A DNA stretch of 50,228 nt from an uncultured Acholeplasmatales bacterium. Its GTDB lineage: Bacteria > Bacillota_I > Bacilli_A > Acholeplasmatales > Anaeroplasmataceae. Position numbers and translations under genes: made by a program. The first letter of the stretch is position 1. The number at the start of each line of letters is the position of its first letter. Below, in pieces: positions 9,615 to 19,600 of this stretch. The stretch spans positions 1 through 50,228 of the forward strand of contig CAJOOI010000014.1 in assembly GCA_905236105.1 (NCBI GenBank). Direction: 5' to 3'. Below the pieces are notes generated by a model. The model was given only the letters and a program-made list of their open reading frames with translations. It did not search any database and had not been told where the DNA came from.

Positions 9615-11421
9615 ATTGATGGATGAAAAAACTTATTCATTAATTGCAGCTGGAGAAGTTGTAGAACGTCCTGCAAGTGTAGTTAAAGAATTAGTTGAAA
9701 ATTCAATAGACGCCAATTGTAAATCTATTAAAATTTATCTTAAGAATTCAGGAATAGAAGAAATTGTAATAATAGATGATGGTGAGGGTATGGATAAAGA
9801 TGATGTATTGTCATCTTTTTTGCCACATGCAACATCAAAAATTAGAAATAGCCTTGATTTAAATAGAATCAATACTTTAGGCTTTAGAGGAGAAGCAATC
9901 TCATCCATTTCACTTGTTTCTATCATGACAATCACTTCATCTACTGATGGTATAAATGGTTATTTTGCGACATATAGATTTGGTAATTTAATTGACCAAG
10001 GTAGTGCTTCATTTAATAAAGGCACTAAGGTTATTGTTCAAAAATTATTCATCAATACCCCTGCAAGATTAAGATATCTTGCTAGCGAAAAAAAAGAATT
10101 ATCTTCAATTATTTATATTGTAACTAAATTATCACTAGCTAATCCAGATATAAAATTTGAATTATATAATGATGAAAAATTAATCTATAATACAAATGGT
10201 AGTGATAAAATCAGTGATTTAATAGCCCAAAATTATGGATTAAGTGCTGCAAGAAACATTTTATCAACAAAAATAAATAAAGATGGCTACCATCTAGATT
10301 TATATTTGATAAAACCAGAATTTTATCGTTCTAGCAAAACTGAGGTTACAACAATAGTAAATAATCGATTTATTAAAAATTATCAATTAGTTAATTCATT
10401 TATTGATGCATTTAAAACATATTTACCAATTTCAAAATATCCAATTGGGATAATTTATTTAACTATTGATCCATTATTAATAGATGTAAATGTTCATCCT
10501 GCTAAAACAGAAATAAAAATATCAATTGAAGATGATATTAAATCTGTTGTTTATAATGAAACTAAAAATTTGTTAGAATCTACATTTCATATTCCTACTA
10601 GGACTATTACACAAAATGAAAAATTTATTAAATCTTCAATTTTTGATTTAAATGATGCTGATGAAATATTTAAAGACAATAAAGCAATATTACATGAAAA
10701 AGAAGAAAATATTTCAATTGAAGAAAAAACAAAAGAAGATTTATATAAACCCACTATTAATATAATTAGTGAAAACGCAATTGAAAAAATAGAGCCTAAA
10801 GAAATTCCAGAAATAAAAATAGAACCTAATAAAAAGATTCCATACATGGAATATGTTGGTACAGTTTTTGCAACATATCTAATATTCCAAAATGAAGATG
10901 GTATGTATCTAATTGATCAACATGCAGCTCATGAAAGAATTAATTATGAAAAATTTAAAAAATTATTATCTAATGAAACCCAACCAACTACTGAATTATT
11001 AGTTCCTATTATTATTCCATTTTCAAAAAGTGAAGCAATATATGTTAGTGAGAATTTAGATAAATTTTCAAATATAGGCTTTAGATTAGAAGAAATTGAT
11101 GATAATTCATTCATATTAAGAGAAATTCCACTTTGGGCAAAGCTTGATGATTTAAACAAAATTGTTTATGATATCTTATCTTTATTAATTGAAAAAAATG
11201 ATATCAATATTTTTAAATATCGTGATGAAATAGCAAAACAAATTAGCTGTAAATCATCAATTAAAGCAAATGATTATATTTCAAGAGGAGAAATTGAACA
11301 ATTAATTAACAAATTAAATCAATGTGAAAATCCTTATACCTGCCCACATGGTAGACCAACTATCATTAGATTTACTAAAGATGAATTAGAAAAAATGTTT
11401 GAAAGGATTCAATCAAAATGA
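9601..11421 (+). CDS. mutL: DNA mismatch repair endonuclease MutL
   Basis: IAAGEVVERPASVVKELVENSIDA, GFRGEA, endonuclease motif DQHAAHERINYE, CPHGRP. Confidence 0.98.
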   Translation: MAKIKLMDEKTYSLIAAGEVVERPASVVKELVENSIDANCKSIKIYLKNSGIEEIVIIDDGEGMDKDDVLSSFLPHATSKIRNSLDLNRINTLGFRGEAISSISLVSIMTITSSTDGINGYFATYRFGNLIDQGSASFNKGTKVIVQKLFINTPARLRYLASEKKELSSIIYIVTKLSLANPDIKFELYNDEKLIYNTNGSDKISDLIAQNYGLSAARNILSTKINKDGYHLDLYLIKPEFYRSSKTEVTTIVNNRFIKNYQLVNSFIDAFKTYLPISKYPIGIIYLTIDPLLIDVNVHPAKTEIKISIEDDIKSVVYNETKNLLESTFHIPTRTITQNEKFIKSSIFDLNDADEIFKDNKAILHEKEENISIEEKTKEDLYKPTINIISENAIEKIEPKEIPEIKIEPNKKIPYMEYVGTVFATYLIFQNEDGMYLIDQHAAHERINYEKFKKLLSNETQPTTELLVPIIIPFSKSEAIYVSENLDKFSNIGFRLEEIDDNSFILREIPLWAKLDDLNKIVYDILSLLIEKNDINIFKYRDEIAKQISCKSSIKANDYISRGEIEQLINKLNQCENPYTCPHGRPTIIRFTKDELEKMFERIQSK

Positions 11422-12308
11422 AAAAAGTAATTGCGATTGTAGGTCCTACCGCATCAGGTAAAACCAAAATATCAATTGAGGTTGCAAAATATTTTGGCTT
11501 TGAAATCATAAGTGGTGATAGTGTAGCTATAAAAAAAGATTTAAATATTGGTAGTGCTAAACCAACAGCTCTTGAAATGAGTGGAATTAAACATTATCTA
11601 ATTGATGAAATAGAAGCAAGTGATGAATATAGCGTTTATGATTTTCAAAAAAAAGCTAGAAATATTATTGATTCAAATGATGAAATAAAAATCATTTGTG
11701 GTGGAACTGGTTTATATATATCAAGTGTTTTATATAATTATGAATTTGAAGCATCAAGAAGAAATTTTGATGCTGAAGATAATTATCAAAATCTTTCAAA
11801 TCAAGAATTATATGAATTATTATTATCTAAAGATAAAACAATTGATCAAAATAAATTACATCCGAATAATAGAAAAAGAGTACTTAGAGCTATTCAAATA
11901 ATAGATGAAACAAAAAACAATTTAAATAAATATTCAAAAAAAAATGAAAAAATATATGATTATTATATTATTTATTTAAAGATGGATAGAAATATCTTAT
12001 ATGAAAGAATAAATAATAGAGTTGATCAAATGCTGCAAGAAGGCTTATTAGAAGAAGTAAAATCATTATATGAAAAAAAAATCTATCCTAAAGCAATTGG
12101 TTATCAAGAATTCATACCTTATTTTGAAGGTAAAATTACATTAGATGATGCAGTAGAACAAATTAAAACTAATTCAAGGCATCTTGCTAAAAGACAAGAA
12201 ACTTGGTTTAAAAATCAAATGGATTCTCATTTTTATGAAGTTAATTTAAATAATATAGATGAAACTATAAAAATAATAATTGATGATTTAAGTAGGTGGT
12301 TGAATTGA
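11418..12308 (+). CDS. miaA: tRNA dimethylallyltransferase MiaA
   Basis: GPTASGKT, GGTGLY, HPNNRKRVLRA, AIGYQE, AKRQETWF. Confidence 0.96.
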   Translation: MKKVIAIVGPTASGKTKISIEVAKYFGFEIISGDSVAIKKDLNIGSAKPTALEMSGIKHYLIDEIEASDEYSVYDFQKKARNIIDSNDEIKIICGGTGLYISSVLYNYEFEASRRNFDAEDNYQNLSNQELYELLLSKDKTIDQNKLHPNNRKRVLRAIQIIDETKNNLNKYSKKNEKIYDYYIIYLKMDRNILYERINNRVDQMLQEGLLEEVKSLYEKKIYPKAIGYQEFIPYFEGKITLDDAVEQIKTNSRHLAKRQETWFKNQMDSHFYEVNLNNIDETIKIIIDDLSRWLN

Positions 12309-12781
12309 AAATATATTTAATCGGATTACCTGGATCTGGGAAAACTCAGCTTGGCAAAGCCTTAGCAAAAAAATTAAATTATGGTTTTTATGATACTGAT
12401 CATATAATTGAATTAAGAAGCTTTATGTTTATCGATGAAATATTTAAAGTTTATGGCGAAGAATATTTTCGTGATTTAGAAAAAAATGTTTTAAAAGAAT
12501 TACAAGCAAAAGATAATATTATAATATCAACTGGTGGGGGAATTATCAAACATAAAGATAATAAAGAATTAATGGATGGTATATGCATCTATTTAGATGT
12601 TCCTCTAGATATTTTAAATGAAAGATTAAATAATTCTAATACAATTCGCCCTCTTCTTAAAGAAAAAACAATTTATGAGCTTTATGAAGAAAGAATAAAA
12701 TTATATGAATATTTTATGGATTTTAAAATAGAAAATATTGATATAGATAAAGCTATTAGAGAAATATTGGAGAAAATATGA
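12305..12781 (+). CDS. aroK: Shikimate kinase
   Basis: GLPGSGKT, GEEYFRDLE, STGGG, RPLL. TTG 12305 chosen from the AGGTGG RBS. Confidence 0.92.
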   Translation: MKIYLIGLPGSGKTQLGKALAKKLNYGFYDTDHIIELRSFMFIDEIFKVYGEEYFRDLEKNVLKELQAKDNIIISTGGGIIKHKDNKELMDGICIYLDVPLDILNERLNNSNTIRPLLKEKTIYELYEERIKLYEYFMDFKIENIDIDKAIREILEKI

Positions 12782-13203
12782 AAAAAATTAAGATAATTAA
12801 TGGCCCTAATCTTAATATGTTAGGGAAAAGAGAAGAAGACCATTATGGCACAAAAACATTAGATGAAATCAATGAAATGATACTTAATGAGGCAAAAGAT
12901 GATTTTATAATTTCTTTTTTCCAATCTAATAGCGAAGGCAAAATCATCGATGAAATCCAAAATTCACTTGATTGTTTTGCGATAATAATCAATCCTGCAG
13001 CCTACACTCACACAAGTGTAGGAATAAGAGATGCACTAGCTATATATAAAGGAATAATAATTGAAGTACATCTATCAAAGGTAGATGAAAGAGAAGAATT
13101 TAGAAAAATTAATTATATTAGAGATATCGTCACAAAAACATTTAGTGGTGAAAAGGAATATAGTTATATAAATGCAATAAAATATTTGAAAGAAATAAAA
13201 TAA
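12778..13203 (+). CDS. aroQ: Type II 3-dehydroquinate dehydratase
   Basis: NGPNLNMLGKRE, FQSNSEG, NPAAYTHTS, EVHLS. Confidence 0.96.
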   Translation: MKKIKIINGPNLNMLGKREEDHYGTKTLDEINEMILNEAKDDFIISFFQSNSEGKIIDEIQNSLDCFAIIINPAAYTHTSVGIRDALAIYKGIIIEVHLSKVDEREEFRKINYIRDIVTKTFSGEKEYSYINAIKYLKEIK

Positions 13204-13214
13204 TATGTTAAAAT
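13186..13214 (+). promoter_or_regulatory. Sigma-70 promoter for efp
   Basis: TTGAAA-17bp-TAAAAT with TGn extension. Confidence 0.65.
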
Positions 13215-13245
13215 ATACATTAGTTTTTTTACAAGGAGTGTTTTT

Positions 13246-13803
13246 ATGATAAACGTTAATGAATTAAAGAATGGTGTTGTTATCGAATACGATGGCAAGC
13301 TTATGCAAATAATTGAATTTATGCATGTTTTACAAAACAAAGTAGCATACGTAAGAGTTAAAATGAAAGATATGAGAACAGGTACAGTTACTGAAACTGC
13401 ATTAAAAGGTTCTGATTCATCATTTAAGAGATGTTACATTGATAAAAAAGAAATGCAATATCTTTATAATTCAGGAGATTCTTATGCATTTATGGATATG
13501 GAAACATATGATCAAATTGAAATTCCTGCTGAAAGATTAGATTGGGAAAAGAATTTCTTATTAGATGGTATGACTGTATCAGTTACAATGTATGAAAGTG
13601 AAATTTTAGGCGTAGTTTTACCTGATAAAGTTGAAATGACAGTAGTTGATACTGAACCTGCTGTAAAAGGTGATACTAAAACTAATGCCTTAAAAGATGC
13701 AACTGTTGAAACAGGATATGTAGTAAAAGTACCTATGTTTATAGAAAAAGAAGAAAAAATAATTCTTTCTACACAAACTGGTAAATATGCTGGTAGAGCT
13801 TAA
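13246..13803 (+). CDS. efp: Translation elongation factor P (atypical tip loop)
   Basis: MQYLY, FMDMETYDQI, TEPAVKGDT, ETGYVVKVPMFI; 185 aa. Confidence 0.95.
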   Translation: MINVNELKNGVVIEYDGKLMQIIEFMHVLQNKVAYVRVKMKDMRTGTVTETALKGSDSSFKRCYIDKKEMQYLYNSGDSYAFMDMETYDQIEIPAERLDWEKNFLLDGMTVSVTMYESEILGVVLPDKVEMTVVDTEPAVKGDTKTNALKDATVETGYVVKVPMFIEKEEKIILSTQTGKYAGRA

Positions 13804-13824
13804 AATTTAGAGGTGTAAACTAAA

Positions 13825-15207
13825 GTGGAAACTGAATCGTCGAAATTATTTAATGTATTTTTAGCAGGAAGTCGTTTTAATACTTTATTATTTATATTAA
13901 TGTTGTTATTAGTAGTTTTATCTGCTTTTTTCTCTATGAGTGAAACTGCATATACAACAGCATCTGATACAAAATTAAGACTTGATGTTGAAGAAAAAAA
14001 GCGTGGTGCCAAAAAAGCTATATTCTTATTTGAACACTTCGATAGAACCTTAACGACATTATTAATAGGTAATAATATAGTAAACGTTGCTTTATCAACA
14101 ATCGCTGTAATATTCTTTACTCAACTTGCTATAGATGAAAACCTAATTGGTTTAATATCTACTGCCGTAGTCACAGTTGTCTTATTAATTTTTGGTGAAA
14201 TAATTCCTAAGATGGTTGCTAAATTATATCCTGAAGAAATTTGTTCTTCATTTAGTTTAATAATTTATCTCTTAACTTATATTTTATTTCCATTTGTCAT
14301 CTTATTTGTGGGAATTCAAAAATTAATTTTATCTCATAAAAAAGATGAAGCAAATATAGAAAAAGAAGAATTAGAAGTAATTTTAAAAGAATTAAAAGAC
14401 AGTGGTGAAATGGAAGAAGATGAAGCTGAAACACTTAAAAATGTCTTAGATTTAAAAGATAGAAGTGTTGAAGATATCATGGTTCCAAGAATAAAAATGA
14501 GTGCTCTTGATTATGCACTGACTCTTGAAGAAGTTAAAGATTTTATGTTAGATAATCCTTATTCAAGAATTCCAGTATATAAAAAAGACACTGACCATAT
14601 CGTTGGTATCTTATACGAACGTGATTTTTTCCCTGCCTATGTAAGGAACAAAAACACAAGTTGGCATCGTCTAATTAGGCCTGTCAAATTCGTATCAAAA
14701 ACAATGAAAGCTGATAACCTTATTAAAGAATTACAAGAAGCAAAAACACATCTTGCAATTGTAATTGGAGAATATGGTGAAACATTGGGCATTGTCACAA
14801 TGGAAGATGCACTTGAAGAAATGGTTGGAGAAATCTATGATGAACATGATATATCAGGTATGAATGACATATCATTTGAAAAAATAGATGATGATACTTA
14901 TATTGTTGATGCTGAAATATTTGTCGATGACTTATTTGATAAACTAAATGTTGGAGATATCCCTGAAGATGTCCCATCAAAACTTTCTGGATGGTTGCTA
15001 GAAAAGTGTGAATCACTTCCAACTGTTGGCTATTCATTCGATTATTTTGCTTCTTACACAAAAGAAGGCAAAGATGGTGAATATGAAGATTTTAATAAAA
15101 TATTAACAATTTCAATTGAAGAAGTTAAAGATAGAGCCATAATATTAGCTAAGATAAAACTTAGGGATGCAACCGAAGAAGAAATAGAAGAATACGAAGA
15201 AGATTAA
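13825..15207 (+). CDS. CNNM/DUF21-CBS (HlyC/CorC-like) transporter
   Basis: SAFFSMSETA, LIGNNIVN, FGEIIPK, MVPR, YSRIPVY, GIVTMEDALEEMVGEIYDEHD. Confidence 0.92.
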   Translation: METESSKLFNVFLAGSRFNTLLFILMLLLVVLSAFFSMSETAYTTASDTKLRLDVEEKKRGAKKAIFLFEHFDRTLTTLLIGNNIVNVALSTIAVIFFTQLAIDENLIGLISTAVVTVVLLIFGEIIPKMVAKLYPEEICSSFSLIIYLLTYILFPFVILFVGIQKLILSHKKDEANIEKEELEVILKELKDSGEMEEDEAETLKNVLDLKDRSVEDIMVPRIKMSALDYALTLEEVKDFMLDNPYSRIPVYKKDTDHIVGILYERDFFPAYVRNKNTSWHRLIRPVKFVSKTMKADNLIKELQEAKTHLAIVIGEYGETLGIVTMEDALEEMVGEIYDEHDISGMNDISFEKIDDDTYIVDAEIFVDDLFDKLNVGDIPEDVPSKLSGWLLEKCESLPTVGYSFDYFASYTKEGKDGEYEDFNKILTISIEEVKDRAIILAKIKLRDATEEEIEEYEED

Positions 15208-15209
15208 GC

Positions 15210-15246
15210 AAAAAAAAGTATGTACCAATTGTGGTCATACTTTTTT
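15210..15246 (+). terminator. Intrinsic terminator
   Basis: AAAAAAAGTATG(T)ACCA...TGGTCATACTTTTTT hairpin with T-tract. Confidence 0.75.
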
Positions 15247-15267
15247 CTTGAAATAAATGAAATTTAT

Positions 15268-15296
15268 TTGAATTCTTTATAATCTTAATGTAAAAT
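15268..15296 (+). promoter_or_regulatory. Sigma-70 promoter for ftsZ
   Basis: TTGAAT-17bp-TAAAAT. Confidence 0.6.
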
Positions 15297-15318
15297 TTAT
15301 AATAGGTTAGGTGATAAA

Positions 15319-16572
15319 ATGATATTTGATACGCAAATTGATGAACTAGAAAATGCGCGAACTAGAATAAAAGTTATTGGTGTTGGCGGTGCTGGTAAAA
15401 ATGCACTAAACCATATGATAGAAAATGAAGTATTTGGCGTTGAATTTTATGCTGTTAATACCGATTACCAAGACCTAAAAGCAGTTCACACTGAACATAG
15501 ATTATTAATTGGTAGAACTAAAACAAAAGGCCAAGGTGCTGGTGGAGATCCAAAAGTAGGTAGAGCTGCCGCATTAGAAGCAGAAGATGATATTCATGAA
15601 ATGATAGGCGATGCCCAAATGGTAATTATCACTTGTGGTATGGGTGGAGGTACTGGTACAGGTGCTGCACCAGTTATCGCAAAAATTGCAAAAGAGCATG
15701 GTTGTTTAACTCTAGCAATTGTTACAAAACCATTTTTAGATGAAGGCCCATTAAAGATGGATAGAGCTAATGCAGGTATTGATGAAATAAAACAATATGT
15801 AGATGCCCTAATAGTTATTCCAAATCAAAATCTATTCTTAATGCTTCCAGCTGGCACTTCAATGCTTGATGCACTTAAAGAAGCTGATAATGTTTTAAGA
15901 AAAGCAGTTCAAGGTATTTCAGAAATTGTTACAGTACCAGGTCAAATGAATGTCGATTTTGCTGATATTAAATCTGCAATGAAGGGTAAAGGTACAGCTT
16001 TATTTGGCATTGGTATTGCAAGAGGTGCAAATCGTGCAGTTGAAGCAACAAGACTTGCAATTCATAACCAATTATTAGAAAAAACAATTAATGGTGCAAC
16101 TGATGCCATCGTTCATATTACAGCAAGAGAAGATGTTTCACATGATGAAATATCAGCTATTACAAATGAAATTAAGGCTACAAGTGGACGTAAATTAAAC
16201 GTAAAAATAGGTCTTGCAATTAATAATGACTTAAATGATGAAATAGTTGTTACTGTCATTGCTACAGGCTATGATTTAAAATCTCAAGATTCTGATATTG
16301 AAGCTCTAGCTGGCGAAGTATCAGCCCATATGTTTTCTGAAGGTGATACATATTCAAATACTACAGACGATGAAATAGTACAAGAACCAGTTCAAATTCA
16401 ACCTTCAAATAAAACAGAAGATATCTTCTCAAAGCCTCTTTCTAAACGTCAATTAAAGAAAAAAGAAAAGAAAGAAAAGAAGAAAGAAGAAGCCATAAAA
16501 AAACAAGAAGAAAAACAAGAAAATTCTTCAAATTCTAAAAAAGGTGATCCTGATATTCCACCTTGGTTCTAA
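15319..16572 (+). CDS. ftsZ: Cell division protein FtsZ
   Basis: IKVIGVGG, NTD, tubulin signature GMGGGTGTGAAP, NVDFAD T7 loop, VTVIATG, C-terminal DIPPWF. Confidence 0.97.
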   Translation: MIFDTQIDELENARTRIKVIGVGGAGKNALNHMIENEVFGVEFYAVNTDYQDLKAVHTEHRLLIGRTKTKGQGAGGDPKVGRAAALEAEDDIHEMIGDAQMVIITCGMGGGTGTGAAPVIAKIAKEHGCLTLAIVTKPFLDEGPLKMDRANAGIDEIKQYVDALIVIPNQNLFLMLPAGTSMLDALKEADNVLRKAVQGISEIVTVPGQMNVDFADIKSAMKGKGTALFGIGIARGANRAVEATRLAIHNQLLEKTINGATDAIVHITAREDVSHDEISAITNEIKATSGRKLNVKIGLAINNDLNDEIVVTVIATGYDLKSQDSDIEALAGEVSAHMFSEGDTYSNTTDDEIVQEPVQIQPSNKTEDIFSKPLSKRQLKKKEKKEKKKEEAIKKQEEKQENSSNSKKGDPDIPPWF

Positions 16573-16576
16573 AATT

Positions 16577-16603
16577 AGCCACGATTTGATTCGTGGTTTT
16601 TTT
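16577..16603 (+). terminator. ftsZ terminator
   Basis: AGCCACGA-TTTGAT-TCGTGGTT plus T-tract. Confidence 0.85.
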
Positions 16604-16607
16604 ATGC

Positions 16608-16633
16608 AAAAAAGGAGACATTTTTTGTCTCCT
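16608..16633 (-). terminator. Terminator of the large coiled-coil gene
   Basis: AGGAGACA-loop-TGTCTCCT followed by a T-tract on the minus strand. Confidence 0.85.
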
Positions 16634-19600
16634 ATGCAACTTTAAGTTTATAACGTTTATTATTGAAAGCTTTTCTTTCTTTTGATTTTAATCTTTTTTC
16701 ACTGAAGTTAATTTTATCAATAGATTCATTATAATTTGTTTCAATTTGTTCTAAAATCTTATTTAAATCTTTAGCCCTTAAGTCAGCAGCTATTTGTTCT
16801 TTATATAAATTATCAACTAATTCTTTATGTTTTAATTTATTGTTTTCAGAAAGTTCTCTTTTTCTTTCTTTAACAACTGCTGGAAGCTGACTAACAAGTT
16901 CTTTTTTACTTAAAATATATTTATTAAGATCCTCATCAATATTATGACATTCATTATTAACATTATTGATCAATAATGCTTTATTATTCTCAAATTTTAA
17001 ATCATTATCTTTAATAAAATCATTATATTCATTAGTAATATCATTTGAATTGTCATTTACGGCATAAAGCTCAATATAAAATTGGTTTGTATTATCACGC
17101 CTTTTAATAATGTTATTATTAACATTTCTTTGTTTAATAATTTCATTATCATAAATCAAGATATTATATTTTTCTTCTATATCATCTTTTTCTTTATGTA
17201 AATCGCGTAATTCATCAATTATATATTCATTTTTTTCTTCGTATTTTTCTTTTTCTTCTTTAAGTTTTTCACCATGACTTGCATTAATTCTATTAATGTC
17301 TTTTTCATATTTCATGATGATTTTTTTCATAGTTATAGCATTATTCTTAATCGCTTCATTCTTAAAATGAACAGATATTGAATAAATATCAACATTAATT
17401 TCATCAAAAAAGATAGTTAATTTATCAATAAATCCATATAATAATTCAAGTGAAAATTTATTATATGATAATCTTAAATAATCTTCAAAATCTTCATCAA
17501 TTTTATTAGTTTTTTGCTTTACAAGATTTAAAATATTAGTTCTTAAATTATAATATGCTATTGCATTATTATGCTGAATTTCTTTTAATGATTTAATCGT
17601 ATCTTGATTATTAAATTCAATCGTTTTTAAATCTTCTTGATATTTAATGATAGTTTTATTTTCTTTTGCAATAATTGCTTCATTAGCATTTATATCTAAA
17701 AGATAATTTTCAATCTTTTCTTTATTTTCAGCTATTTTTTTCAAATTACCATCATTTTTATTTTTTCTTTCCTGAGATATTTCAAAATCTATATTAGATA
17801 CAGTTTTTCTAATATCTTCATTAATATCATTGATTAACTTAATTTTATCTTTAGCTTCTTTTATTTTAGCTCTTACTAAAGCTACATCTTTAGCATTATT
17901 TTCTTTATTTTCATCTTCAATTTTTCTAAATTTAAAATCTTCTTCAAATTTAATTCTTGATTCAATATTTAAAAATATATTTTGTCTTAATGAATCTAAA
18001 AGATCTTTATAATAATTTAATATATTTTTTAACATACCATTTATATATGTTGCAAGAAATTTTGCATCAACAAATGGTATTGCAACCTCAAATAAAGTAT
18101 TATTAACAAATTTATTAATAAAAGATGATATTTGTGATGTAAAAGAAGTGAAAGTAGAAATAGTATAATTTAAATTCTTTATTTCATAAGCAAATCTTTT
18201 ATCTAATACATTTTGAACGATTACATCATTTTCATAACTAAAATTTCTTTTTATTAATGTTTCTTCATGATTGCTATTTAATTCTTGCTCAACCATTTTA
18301 TGCTTATTAGAATTTATGAATTTTTCTAATTCTTTTTTGTTTATTTTAATTTTTTCATTACTTAAAGCACTATATTTTTCATTTTGTAAATTTACTTTTT
18401 TAATTGCATAATCCAAATCTAAATCAGCACTTTCAATATTTAGATTATATCTTCTAGTATTAAAATTATCTAACACTTTAAATTTTTCTATTGTTAATAA
18501 ATTAGATACAGTATAATAGCTTATTGTTTTTTCATGCTTTACATCTTCATAATCATGAATTACTTTTTGCATTTCTAAAGCCAAATTTATTTCTAAATTT
18601 TTCTTTTTTATTTCAGAAGTAATTTTTTCAATTTTAATTTGGCATTCAGCTTCTTCTTCCTCAAATGATTTATCTAAATCTACACCGATAATATCACTTA
18701 TAAGTCTAACATCATTAGCACTTTCAGTGTATTTGTTGTTAGCTTTATAAATATTGAAATTTAAGATATTTTCATATAAATTATTTAATTCCTGATAATA
18801 TTTATTATCTTTAATTTCCTTTTCATTAAGAATATCAAAGGAAGTAGTACGTCCAATATCAAGAATTTTCTTTTGATAATCATTTTGAAGCATATCTTCT
18901 TCATAATTAGATTTTATTCTAGCTAGAGTTTTATCTGAATCTGATTTTATTTGTTGTTTTTGATGATAATAAAATTTATTTATATATTTTGCTTTTTTAC
19001 GTGTTGAAAAATTATTAACACCAGTATCATATAAAGTTTTTAATTCTTGTTCTTGTTGTTTATGAATTTTATATAATGAATACGTACGTGAATTAGTTTC
19101 ATTTCTTAATTCAGTTTCATATTTATTTTTACTTTTATTTTCTTCTTTTTCAAGTTCATTAACATTAAATACGAAATCTCTTGTTGTTTTCTTACTCTCT
19201 TCTTGATATTGATTCTTTTTTTCTTCACGTTCTAAAGAAGCTTTATCTTGAGAAGAAGTGTAAGTAGATCTTGCTTCAGCAATTTCATCATTTCTTAATT
19301 TAACATGATTTCTAATTTCATTATTCAATTTAGTACTTTCTTTTTTTCTTTTTTCTTGGAAATCATTATTTAATTTATTATATTCATAATTGGCAAGAGC
19401 TAAATTATCTTCTTTTGAAGCTACATCAGCTTTATAAGATGAAATCATTTCTTTAGTTTCTTCGTCATATGATTCAAGTCTTTCTTTATATCGTTCATTT
19501 TCAACTCTAAGTTTTTCTTTAAGTTCATCATTATATTTGATTATACTTGAAGAGTATGATTCTTTAGCTGATAAATATTGATAATTAAAACGATCATGAG

